58,769 nucleotides of DNA from Neophaeotheca triangularis (Eukaryota): the NCBI GenBank assembly GCA_054600435.1, contig BAAIJX010000062.1, forward strand, positions 62,001-120,769, in the 5' to 3' direction. Of the stretch, positions 12,924-23,588 are shown one piece after another. Each line of letters begins with the position of its first letter. Positions within the stretch are counted from its first letter, which is position 1. The notes under the pieces were generated by a model. That model worked only from the letters and a program-made list of their open reading frames with translations. It had not been told where the DNA came from and ran no database searches. The position numbers and the translations under genes were made by a program.

Positions 12924-13368
12924 CGGCGAGTTGCCCGCCGAGGGACTAGCTCATGTATCTCTCCCCTAGAACTACAGTAGTACTAGTATGTAGTAGCCTA
13001 CTACAGCCCACTCCCACCGCCAGATTCCCACCAACAAAGGGCGCTCCCAACAGCTCCCTGCCCTGCAGCGCCTCCACACCAACAGCCCTCTTGATAGGAC
13101 AAGTTCCACTATTCCCCCCTCCCCAACCCTAGGTAGTCTTCGCAAGTCCGCAGCAAGCAGATGTTGTTCGTTGGAGAAAAGCAAAGAAGCGCAAGTACAG
13201 TGGGTAGGTAGATGAGGCTTTCGCGACGCGCGGACCGCGCGGGCTTCTCGGCATGCCCTCTGCCGCTGTCTCGGCTGTCTGCTTCTCAACGCTCAAAGAC
13301 CGAGCAACGTAGGCGCCCCGGTTGCCGGTCTGCGGGTGCCGAGATGCGCGCCACCGAGTGTTTCGTTG

Positions 13369-13373
<5 letters not shown>

Positions 13374-13403
<30 letters not shown>
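13374..13403. repeat. (AG)n microsatellite
   Basis: Perfect AG run read directly. Confidence 0.9.
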
Positions 13404-13406
<3 letters not shown>

Positions 13407-14412
13407 CGGGGGAGCGGCTTCTTCGCGAGGCGAGATCGTGCAAGGCTTTGGTGGTGTAGATACGTACTGTAGGGCTGCGTGAGATGCTTGGTTGGTAAGG
13501 GTTCTGGAGCTTCTCAGCAGTCGCGAATCTTTTGAATTTTTCCTCGAGAATCAGTGGGTAATGTCGTTGTATGTAGGTATGCCGCTGATGGTTTTGCAAT
13601 GGTTGTGGGCGACGGAGAATCTATGGGGCGAGGAAGCTTGCGCGATTCAACGAACGCCCCAGAACACGGACAACACGCATTTGCTCGGCACTCAGCAGGC
13701 GGCCTCGATGGGACTCGGAATGTTCTACTCGGAAGATCGAGGAGCGAAGGAAGCAAAAGATGCAAAGGAAGAAAGTCTTGCAGCCTCGCTCAAACTCTGA
13801 CCCTATGCTACACTTGCTCCTCGTGATATCGTAGGTAACCCCTTCACCCACTTTCAATTCCCGTCTCTGTCGCGTCGCTGTATGTCTGCGATACCCACCT
13901 TGCCGCCGTAAGAATACGAGCAATCAAGAGTCGGCAGTCTTGGTCGTGTCCTTTGAGGCCGTCGGCTTCGGCAGGACTTGCGAGAGCATCCTCGAAAGCA
14001 TTTATTAATGCCCGGGAAGCCGGATTTATGGATACCGCAGTGCTTACTGGTCTCCTGCCGTTGAAATGTGTCTCGGGAGAGCCGTATCGCCATGGTTGGA
14101 TCAGAGGGTACGTCGCATGTCATGTTGTCGGTGGACCTTCAGAGGATGGATTAGACCCCGAGAGCTGTTGAAAAGCGAGCGGAGATGCCTCTTTGACCTT
14201 CGTTCCCGCATCGGCGAACCGTGTCTGGCGCTAACCGTTGCGAAGACATCCAAGGTGCCATACCAGGCGTTAAGCCAGCCGCTGGGATGACAGCCGTCTC
14301 GCTGTGTTCTAGTCCGCGAAAGGATCCGTCGTCGGTCTTCCTAAGCGATGGTATATAGCGCAGTCACCGCAAGCCCAAAGGCTCTCTTTCCCTTTTCCAC
14401 ACTCTATCCAGA

Positions 14413-15216
14413 TCAACCCAACATACTCTTCTTCCGCCCCCTCATCCTAACATCCTCCAGCTTCCTCAAAACTTTCTGCGCCCCCTTATAACCCTCACCA
14501 TAAGCCGCCAAAACAGTCTCCGCAAACAGCCCCTCCTCCTTCGGATGCGTAGACCCAAAAGCCCTCTCCAGAACATAAAGATCCACAGCCCGATCCTCCT
14601 CACTCACAGACTGCATCGCGAGGCCAAAATCAATCAGCACAATCTCCGGACTCTGCCCCTCGGCCACAGCCTCACCCCTCAACATCATATTACTCGTAGT
14701 CAAGTCCCCATGCACCACCCCAGCCTTATGCAACCTCGCAACGACCGCTCCAACCGCTCTCAGCATGCCCGCAACCCCCGCCTCGTCCCCATTCCCACCT
14801 CGCCCCTTGATCCAAGCCTTCACAGTCCCGCCCCCAACCCACTCCTCCACCATCCACCCCCTCTCCCAATCCAGCGCCAGCACCGCCGGCACCGGCACGC
14901 TCTCGCGCTGGCATTTGGCCAGCACGCGCGCTTCGGCGAGGATGCGTTGTCGCGTCAGGCGAGCGTCGAGGACGGGGTGACGCCAGGGCTTTTTCGGCCG
15001 GATCTTGAGCGCGGCGGGCGTCGTGGGCGTGAGGAAGACGGTGCGGAAGAGGAGCGCTTCGGCGCCTTGGGTTACGAGGGTCAGGGGGGCGGTGGAGATG
15101 TTGAAGGGGGAGGGGAGGGCGGTGCGGTCGAGGCTCTGGGAGGGAGTGGATTGACCGGGGTTAACTGGGGGGAGGGCGACATCGGCGGGGGGCTGCTGGG
15201 GTGGTTCGGTGGTCAT
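14413..15216 (-). CDS. BUD32: KEOPS/EKC complex atypical kinase Bud32 (TP53RK)
   Basis: QGAEA, K..K.WRHPVLD, HGDLTTSN, LIDFGL, EDRAVDLYVLERA and C-terminal RGRKKSMLG. Confidence 0.96.
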   Translation of the reverse strand: MTTEPPQQPPADVALPPVNPGQSTPSQSLDRTALPSPFNISTAPLTLVTQGAEALLFRTVFLTPTTPAALKIRPKKPWRHPVLDARLTRQRILAEARVLAKCQRESVPVPAVLALDWERGWMVEEWVGGGTVKAWIKGRGGNGDEAGVAGMLRAVGAVVARLHKAGVVHGDLTTSNMMLRGEAVAEGQSPEIVLIDFGLAMQSVSEEDRAVDLYVLERAFGSTHPKEEGLFAETVLAAYGEGYKGAQKVLRKLEDVRMRGRKKSMLG

Positions 15217-15680
15217 GGTGGATGGTTAAAGGAAGCGCGTTTGGATGCTGTTTAGGCCGATCTAGCGTGGTTGCTCGCTTTCGTCATCGATGAAGTCGCT
15301 GGGTCTTGCGCGTTGAGATAGTTGGGTTGTAGACGAAGAGAGAAGATATCTGACTGGAGGTGAAAGTGGGGTGCCCAATCGTCTTGGTGGGGTGAAATTT
15401 ATAGCACGTGACATCACACTCACTTAACCAACCGAGACGGGAATTAATAGGAGAGTTTGTCAATGAATCTGTCCATCGTTCTAGGAATGCACACTAATGT
15501 TCAAGGGTATCTCGCTCGCTCAATCTTCTCTTAACCGTCCAAAACCCCAAGCCCGAATTGCATGCCTTTCCTACTCCTATTTTGTTACCCGAAACCCGCA
15601 AAAGCGCCGTCTCCGTTGAATATTGCGAATGCTCAGCCATGGGCCCCAATCAACCCTTTGGAAATGTACCACTTCAAAGC

Positions 15681-16850
15681 TCAATCCTCCCAGATAGTCT
15701 CCAAGTCCAAGTCTGCCCGCCTCTCCCCGCCGCAGATACTCCACCTCTTCCTCTCCCCTCCTCTCCCAGCACTGCCACCGTTCCTGCCGAACCCGAATCC
15801 CTGTCCTCTAGGAGCATCCAAACTCCCCGACCGTCTGCCAGCTTGGTCTCCCCTTTCTTCAGACTCTGCTCGCTCAGCCTCTATCTTCAACCGATCGATT
15901 CTCTCCACCTCAATCGCTTCGCTTTCGAGATCTGGGGCGTCCTCGATAGTGTCTAGACTGCTGATTGAAGGGCTACGAGATCGTGCGCTTGTAGGCGTGG
16001 AGGGCATAGACGAGAAGGAAGAGGTGCTTGCGTAGTGGTGTAAGCCTGGGTAGGATTCGTTCATGAAGCGCTCACGTTGTGGGCCTAGTGAGGGGGAACT
16101 GCTGCCTGAGCTAGAAGACGCGTGGGACGGTGTCGTTCCTTGAGAAGCGGCGTCGCGGTCTATGATGCTTGCTGGGTAGGATGTTGGAAGGGAAGATGAT
16201 AGTTGCGAAGGTGCACTCATGGCGCTGTGCAGGGGAGATGCTGGGCGTCGTCGCAGGGATGAAGAGCGTTGAAAAGAGGCTGTGTGCATGGGTGAGGGCT
16301 GGGAGATGGGCATTTGCGCTCGAGGTGTAATGTCAAGCTCGCTGTCTTCTTGGATGCTTTGGATAGCTATATTGCCGGAACCTTCATACCACGAAGGTGA
16401 CCGAGGTGGTGCGTTGTAAGAAGGGTCATCAGTGGGTGTTCGGAAAGGCGATCGCATACGTGCTGGAGAGCGTAGGGATGCGCCAGGTGAAGCCGAGCGC
16501 GAGGATGATGCAGTCGAAGATGCGTCCATGTCTCTGAGTGTATGTACTGTCGGCAAGGAGTGTGCTCGAGTGATTATGGGCGCTCCCGTCGAGGAGTTGG
16601 TCGATCTACTTCGGAGGTGGTTGCGTGAATACGAGGAGGAGCGACTGCTGTGACCACGAGACGGTGACGGCGTAATTGTAAGGTGACTCTGTAACAGCGC
16701 CGAGGGCGATGGTTCGGTGGTTGATCGGACGTGATCAGGTCGAAGCCTCAGGGGTTTAGGAAGAGTGACCTGATCTTGGCTGGGCTCGTTGTTTTGTTTG
16801 TCCACCTCTTTCATTCCCGCATTTTGCACGACATCAGTTGCGGGTATCAT
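15681..16850 (-). CDS. Ser-rich fungal hypothetical protein
   Basis: ORF of ~390 aa from ATG 16850; disordered body ending in RKRWSICGGERRADLDLETIWED; true start uncertain. Confidence 0.75.
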   Translation of the reverse strand: MIPATDVVQNAGMKEVDKQNNEPSQDQVTLPKPLRLRPDHVRSTTEPSPSALLQSHLTITPSPSRGHSSRSSSYSRNHLRSRSTNSSTGAPIITRAHSLPTVHTLRDMDASSTASSSRSASPGASLRSPARMRSPFRTPTDDPSYNAPPRSPSWYEGSGNIAIQSIQEDSELDITPRAQMPISQPSPMHTASFQRSSSLRRRPASPLHSAMSAPSQLSSSLPTSYPASIIDRDAASQGTTPSHASSSSGSSSPSLGPQRERFMNESYPGLHHYASTSSFSSMPSTPTSARSRSPSISSLDTIEDAPDLESEAIEVERIDRLKIEAERAESEERGDQAGRRSGSLDAPRGQGFGFGRNGGSAGRGGERKRWSICGGERRADLDLETIWED

Positions 16851-18240
16851 GTTTGCCTTGCCCGGCTCTCGTGTAGCGATTGTATGACCAGGGTGTTGGA
16901 GGCTAAGCAATGAGTTGGGGCAAGGAGGCCAAGATGGCGTGAAATATCGTCGTCTTCAGTCTGGCCTTGACTTGAAGTGAAGTAGCTGCCAGCCTCGACA
17001 ACCTCAGGCAGTGGAAGAGCAAGGGCGAGGGGTGGTGGAACTTGCCCCGACTTGTTGTTTGAGCCCTGTTCCCAACTTCCCTGGAGCTGGAACTGTCTGT
17101 GCGCTGTGTTGCGGGTCTGTTCGGGGATGATCTGCCCCCGCGTTCTGCTCGTTCTGCTCCCGTCGTTCTAGTTAAGCTACTCGACGTGGGTGGGGTACGC
17201 TGAATCAATCATTCAAGGAATCACAGGGGAGCGTGATAAACGAGACAGTCGTGAAAGTAGGTTATCGTAGGGAAGGCATGAGTAGGCGCCCGGTTTAAAC
17301 TTCGAGGAATGTTCAAAGGAATAAAAATCAATCAATACTTCAAAAAGGTACTTCTCTACCAGAGGCAGCCCACGTCCTCGGAGCGCGGTTACGTCGAAAA
17401 GTCGTGGTCAGGTTCTCGACCATCCCTGTCCCGATAACGCAGACGCTCGCGGGAGACGCGACCACAAAAAGCCACAACTGTCAGCTGCCCTGGTGCTGAC
17501 CTGCAGCGGGCCTGAGCCGGCTACGGGCTAAGGGCGGTGAGAATCACTCAGGAACGGATCGTTAACCAATCTTCATTTCTTCCTTTTTTTTCTGTGACCA
17601 CCGAGCCACACGCCTAGACTAGAGTCAGTTGCGCGTCGTTCAGCAGCGAACTCGTCAGCTCTATTCAACGTGATCTTTGTCACCGAACCGTGCATGATCC
17701 TCTGAACATCCCCCACGAGTAGCTAAATTGCGGGGTGCTTGCGATCAACTTGACAAGGTGTTGAGCCAACCACTCGTACCGTCGGTTAGCGAGATTAGTC
17801 CCGTTCCCTTGAGTACGTCCGTGGTAGCAATTCTTTACGATTGGAAACTCAACAGTGGGACTAGTGGACGACTCAATAGAAAGCGGATGAGTTGCGTTGA
17901 ATATGAAATTAACGAGCCATGCTGCAGAATTGTCTCAAAACGACTTCGTGACAGCATCCCACAAGCCTCACCGCAAGCAAGACCAGATGCGATACTGTCC
18001 AAACACGAGTGGCCAAAGAGTGACAGGGCCGTGCAACCCTGGATTCGATTGAAGGAACATTCCTCTAGGCGGGTTCTCCAGTGGTCACAAAGCAGTGAGA
18101 TCGCGACAAGGTGGCACAGCCGTAGTTGGAGGCAGCAAAAGTATTGTATTTCTCTACTACCGTGCTTGCCGCTACACGACCAGCGAGAGGGAGTCGTCTC
18201 GTCGCTCAGCCAGCATGGGCGCACAATCCACTTGGACACT

Positions 18241-18811
18241 CTAGTCCTCCTCTTCCTCACCCTCCTCACCAACAACGTTGAAGAACTTCAAGCTGTACTC
18301 GCCCTTGTTGGTGCTGACAACACGGAGCCAGTCACGGAGCTGCTGCTTCTTCAAAAATTTCTTCGTCAAGTACTTGAGGTAGCGGCCGGAGAACTCCTGG
18401 TGAGCGACGACCTCAATACGGCCGTCGCCGAGGTTGGAGACGTTGATTTGGTCGCCAAGGTTGCCGGTCAGGCCATCGACCTTGATGCGCTGCTGCAAGA
18501 AGGTGGTGAAAGCCGAGGGGTCGAAGATGCGGTCGCTGGTGGGCTGGGTAGCGTTGATGATGAACTAGAAGGGCGTGTATTAGATTCTCTGCGCGACGAG
18601 TGTGGGAGTGATAGGGTGGTAGTACCTTCTTGGTGATCTTCTGGTTCTTCTTGGGGCCACCCTTAAGGCCGCCACCACCAGCGGTAGGTCTCTTCTACAT
18701 TACCAAGTTTGGTCAGATACTGCTCTCAAGCCTACTGCGCTTTCGTACCGAGAACCTCATTCAAGAGTTCGGTGTGCAGCAAAGCGAGATACGTACTGGT
18801 CCTTGCACCAT
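18241..18811 (-). CDS. RPL22: 60S ribosomal protein L22 (eL22); 3 exons
   Basis: Exons 18811-18797, 18694-18626, 18564-18241 join in frame; FSGRYLKYLTKKFLKKQQLRDWLRVVS signature. Confidence 0.96.
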
Positions 18812-19262
18812 TTTTGCGGTTTAATGAGGTATTGAAGGGTGTGGGAGTTCTTGATCAGTATGCGCAAAGAGATGGATATCCTGCGTGGTTCAATCAAAAG
18901 AGTAAGAAAGTTTCGCTGTGAAGCGTAAATCATTTCGAAGAGTGGGTTGACTTCGAAATCTTGGCAAGCTATCCATCACGTGACACAGCTTACAACTACC
19001 TAAGCAGCCTATTAATTGTTTTGCCGTTGCTTACATGTTTACTGATTCTATACATAGTTTACGATTAGAAGTCGCTGGTATACTATGCTGTAGATACGTT
19101 GGCGAAGTATGTCCCAAGTGAAAAGCTCGTTCAAAAACATGCAGTCAGTCAGAGAGTCAAGACTCAACAAATTCATCGAGGTTATTGTGTATTTCCTGTC
19201 TATTTCCTGTCTAGTCGATCTACTCATCTGGCCATGGCCACCATTGTACAAGCAGGTATAGC

Positions 19263-20431
19263 TCAGTCATGCTCATCCTCGTCGTCCTTCGGGATTCCTG
19301 CCGTGCTGCTCAAGTCTGTGCCATCATTTGGGATGAGCTCGTTGTTGCTATTGAGATAGAACCACTCGTCAGCAAATTGAGGCCTGGGAGCTGGAGGAAG
19401 CACATTCGGTTCGGCGGGAATATCAAGCTCCTGAGTAGCTTTGGAGCTGGCGATGTAGCTACCGTCAACGGCGCACTCGCTCGTCTGGTTGTAGTTGATG
19501 TCGCCTGTGTCCACTTCGCCCCTGATGAGCTCGCGCCAGAACTCGTGGCTATCACCGACGGTCTTTCTAGTGTAAGCGGCGTCTTGGTAGGTCTGACCAG
19601 TGATAGGAATGAGATCATCGCCGCGAGCGACCTTGTATATTGTCCACCAGTTTCGGTAAGCTGTCAAGAGACCTGGGCGGTAAATTTCGACATCGATGAA
19701 ATCGTTTACTAAGGGTGCAATTGGGTCGTTGACGTCGATGCAAAGGACCTTCCAGTCGGTTTCGCCACCGTCGTTGACTGCGAGAGAGCCTAGAACCTTC
19801 ACTTGCTTTACCTGGCCAATATACCCAGGGTCTTGGCCAATGTCGAAGAAGTCCATGGGATCATTGTCACCGGGTTCGTTGACAAATTCGTGGTCAAAGT
19901 TGGGGCTCTCCCACGTTTGGGGGATGGAGCCGTAAAGGAACGGGTAAGTCTTCTGAGGCCAGACATTTTGAACAAAACGAGGCGCATCATTCCTCTCGTC
20001 GTGGAAGATTGGGTCTGGAGTGTGGTCAGTCGGTGATTGCAAGCTTGAGGATCACGCGGCACTAACTCAATGGCTCTTCACGCTGGATTTCAATCTTGCC
20101 ATTCTCCCACCGGGGAACTTCGACCACGACATTGACGATGGAGGTGTCATTGGAATGGGGATACAACGGAACGTCATGCCAGAAAGAGATGGGCTCGCCG
20201 TTACGTTCCAACCACATGCGCCAATCCTGAACGGAGGCAGCGTTAGTGTCCCATTCCTTACTTGCGTTGGCTGAGGCCTACCAAAGTGTTCCTGGCACCG
20301 ACTTCTCGCAGTGACAGACTGCTATTGGTAAACTCCCCTACCTGCGAGCATTGGGCGTCTCTTGTAGGGAGCACGGCCGCGAAGGAAAGCGAAGCGAAGC
20401 CTGCAACAAGGGAAACCCTATTGAACAGCAT
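19263..20431 (-). CDS. Family I inorganic pyrophosphatase with N-terminal signal-like peptide; 3 exons
   Basis: MLFNRVSLVAGFASLSFAA leader; ISFWHDVPL, VVEVPRW, YGSIPQTWE, GDNDPMD and ETDWK motifs; introns ~20227-20281 and ~20016-20067. Confidence 0.9.
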
Positions 20432-21240
20432 TCTGAAAGTATAGAAGACGTGAAGACGTACGGGAGGAGAAATCGTCAGGTCCCTACTACCCTAAGAAAG
20501 GAGACTTAAATACTTGACATATTCCTATCTTCAATCTTCCGCAAGAGCTGCGACCCGCGTCACTTGGTGGCACCACAACGCTAGAGAAGTTCAATGATGC
20601 TCCTGCGTTGCCTTGGGTGGGCATCAGACCGGGAATGTGACATGATCGTGGTTTCTGAATGGCCGCGGAGTAGGCTCTGTGATGTTGCTAGCAGAAGCAC
20701 ATGAAAGCCTACCTATCGCTATTGCATGGCGGTTCAGTGGCTCGTCGAATGAGACATTCCGTCGTTGCACGTGGGAAGAATAGGCCAAGACCACGTGCGG
20801 TGCTAATGCACGGGATGAGAGAGAAGGCTGATTTGGGAGTCCTGCGGTCAACATCTACAGCCGAATCGTTGCGACCAGTCTTTGACCCTTCAAATGCTCG
20901 ATTTGCGCCATGCTGTTGTAGTCAGTCAAGGATGCGGGCGGGGGGCAGACGCCGGATGGAAGTAGATACACGAGGGGCACGTGCCTCGAAGAAGCTTAGA
21001 CCAGCTTTCAACTTCACGTCAATGCAATCGATGTATTACCCGACAGCTTCACTACTCCATTGCGTACGACGGTCCATGCTCCGCGAAGTGAATCACGAAG
21101 TGCCAGTGATACAGAACGGCGACAGAGATGTTCGTGTAACCATTGTTGGCCCAAGGATCCCTGGCTCAACCGCGAATAGTTGCGAGCGAAGGGTGCAGAG
21201 GAGATTTAGGTTTTAATAGGTGTTGGATTCGATTGCAGAC

Positions 21241-22968
21241 ATGGCACAGGTACCGGAAAAGGTTCTTGCGTGGCTTTACAGTGTACTACAGGTGGGTTTT
21301 GGATGCCCCATGTCCGCAAAGGGCGGTGTTAATAGATATCTGTAGGAATATCATGATGCCTCCCGCACCTACAACGATTCGGCCAGAACACTTTCAGCCT
21401 ATCCCTCTTTGACACCGCGAACCGAAGTCTACACATACGAGACTGGAGCCCCTGCACTACTTCTCACGCTTTTCGGAACCATACCCGTGACCTTTCGTGA
21501 AAAGACGTACCGTTTCCCCGTCAAGATATGGATACCCCATGCATACCCTCGCGAGGCACCCATGTGCTATGTGACGCCGGGGCAAGAGATGATCGTTAGG
21601 GCAGGGCAGCATGTGGACGTTCAAGGAAAGATTTATCACCCTTATCTAAGAGACTGGGCGGGCATGTGGGACCAAGCTAGCGTGGTTGGCTTGGTTGGTA
21701 TTCTCCAGCAGGTGTTTGCAAAGGAGCCACCTGTAATCAGCAAGGAACAGCAGCGACAGGTACAACGACCTTTAGGAGCACCGCCTCCACCTCCACCTAA
21801 GCAGCTGTCGGGCACCGAGCTAAGCACCAGTGCGCCTCCACCAAGACCACCTAAATCAGGCGAAGAGGCTCCCTCACGAGCCTCGCCGAAAGATTCTGGC
21901 CCACCCCTGCCACCTTTGCCAGTAGAGCGCCCCCGGAGCCAAGTCTACAGCCCGCTGAATCAATATACGAACCAACATTCTAACGGCTTCATTTCTCGAC
22001 CCCATCCACAAATTCCCCGAGCCCCACAATCACCTCTTGGCCATCCGAATGGTCAGCCGAACGGGCCTCCAGCGCCTCCGCAGCAGCAACCGTACCGAAA
22101 CTACGCGGCGAACTACATGGAAAGCCCCTCGTCTCCGCTGTCGACTAATCAAAGATTTCCCAACGGCCCAGACGTAAATGCTCCACATCAGCAGCGGATG
22201 CCACAGTATCAATCGCATCCAGCGCCCCCAAGCATGGCGCCTGTGCCGCCTCATCAACAGCCGGAACCCCATCAACATTATCGGCAGGGGTACCAGCCTC
22301 AACCATACCAGTCACACCAGCAATATCCTCCTCAGGCGCGTGGGCAGCAACTCCCCCCTCAAAAGAAGCAGCCTCCCCCTGACTTACTCTCTGACCCCTT
22401 TGATGTGGCCTTGCCAAATTCCTCTGCGTCTCACGGATCAACACCAGCACCACCCATACCTCCGAACCCGGAGAAAGAGCATCTGCTTCAAGCTCTATCC
22501 TCTGCTATGGTACAACAGGCTCAGCAAAAGGTCGATCAAAACCTTTCCGCCCTCGCTCCCCTGCAAGCTCAACAGACTGCAATGCGTGCTGCTCAGGGTC
22601 GCCTTGAAAGCGAGCTTCAGCAATTAGACCACCTCGACAAAACGCTCAGCTCCAATGAACAGATCCTCCATCGTAGTATTCAGGACTGTGACAAAACGAT
22701 TCAGTTAGCGCAGCAAAAGAAGCAGCCGCCCATCGATGAAGTTTTGATTGCGCCTACCATGGTAGCAAATCAGCTTTGGACCCTTTGCGCGGAAGAAGCG
22801 GCCTGCAGGGAGGCGATGTACGCCCTGCAGAAGGCTGTCGATAGGGGACGCATTGGAGGAGCGGACTTTGCGAGGCAGATGAGGGGTCTGGGTAGAGAGT
22901 GCTTTCTCAAGATGGCCTTGGAAAGGAAATGCGCCCGTGGCATGGGTCTAGAGTTGGGTAGACGGTGA
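21241..22968 (+). CDS. VPS23: ESCRT-I subunit Vps23/Tsg101 (UEV domain, Pro-rich linker, coiled coil, steadiness box); 2 exons
   Basis: Exon 1 MAQVPEKVLAWLYSVLQ, intron 21292-21345, then GTIPV..YRFPVKIWIPHAYP..GKIYHPYL; C-terminal Vps23 core-like helices. Confidence 0.92.
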
Positions 22969-23431
22969 TCATGAAATTTCGTCTGTCGGGCATTACTGAC
23001 AAGTGCAGTGTATTCTTACTTAAGGGGTTTTCCTAGAATCTTGAGTGCGTCAGGCATAAAGAGCATGCACCAGACGATCATTAACGGATAGCGCCGGGGA
23101 AAGGGCTGGCAAATACGCGGGCCTCGAGGCGATCAAATTCACTCGAACTGCGCAAACGCTGCTTTTGATCAGCATTGAGGCCTCGTAGCGCGATAAGACA
23201 GCGCGTTCAATGCTATTCACATCAAGCTCTGCGGGACTTGTCCGTTCAGTCGCCGACGTTTCATAGATGGATCGGCAATTGTCTGGCGGCTCAATACGAC
23301 TCCGCTTCCTACAATCCTACTCCTCACATCCCGCGGATTCTTCACAGCAGCACCACGAGACTACAACATCACATAAGGTTCAAGCCCCGTGTACACTTAC
23401 TTCTTCTACTACGTGATCGGCATCCCATTCA

Positions 23432-23438
23432 GGCTAAA
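23432..23438 (+). promoter_or_regulatory. Candidate XlnR-type site GGCTAAA upstream of alpha-glucuronidase
   Basis: Matches the GGCTAR consensus ~150 bp upstream of a xylan-degrading enzyme gene; short motif, may be chance. Confidence 0.4.
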
Positions 23439-23588
23439 TTGCACAAAATGCTCTACCAGGCTTGCTTCGTAGCCGCGACACTTCCTCCAATGCAGTCATT
23501 GTGCATTTCGTGCGCCTCCAAGAATCTATAAGAGATCTTTCCGTAGCCAAGTTTTACTCGGTAAGCCTTGGTAGAGGTAAGGTCGATC

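Noticed and set aside
12314..12949. 211-aa ORF in the long intergenic region
   Set aside because: Built from microsatellites (AAT, CCAC, TAC) with no protein-like features
17728..18636. 302-aa + strand ORF
   Set aside because: Antisense shadow of RPL22 plus 3' flank; no recognisable domain
20519..20527. ATATTCCTA matching the snR30/U17 m1 motif
   Set aside because: Partner m2 motif and H/ACA architecture are absent; it lies in the pyrophosphatase promoter
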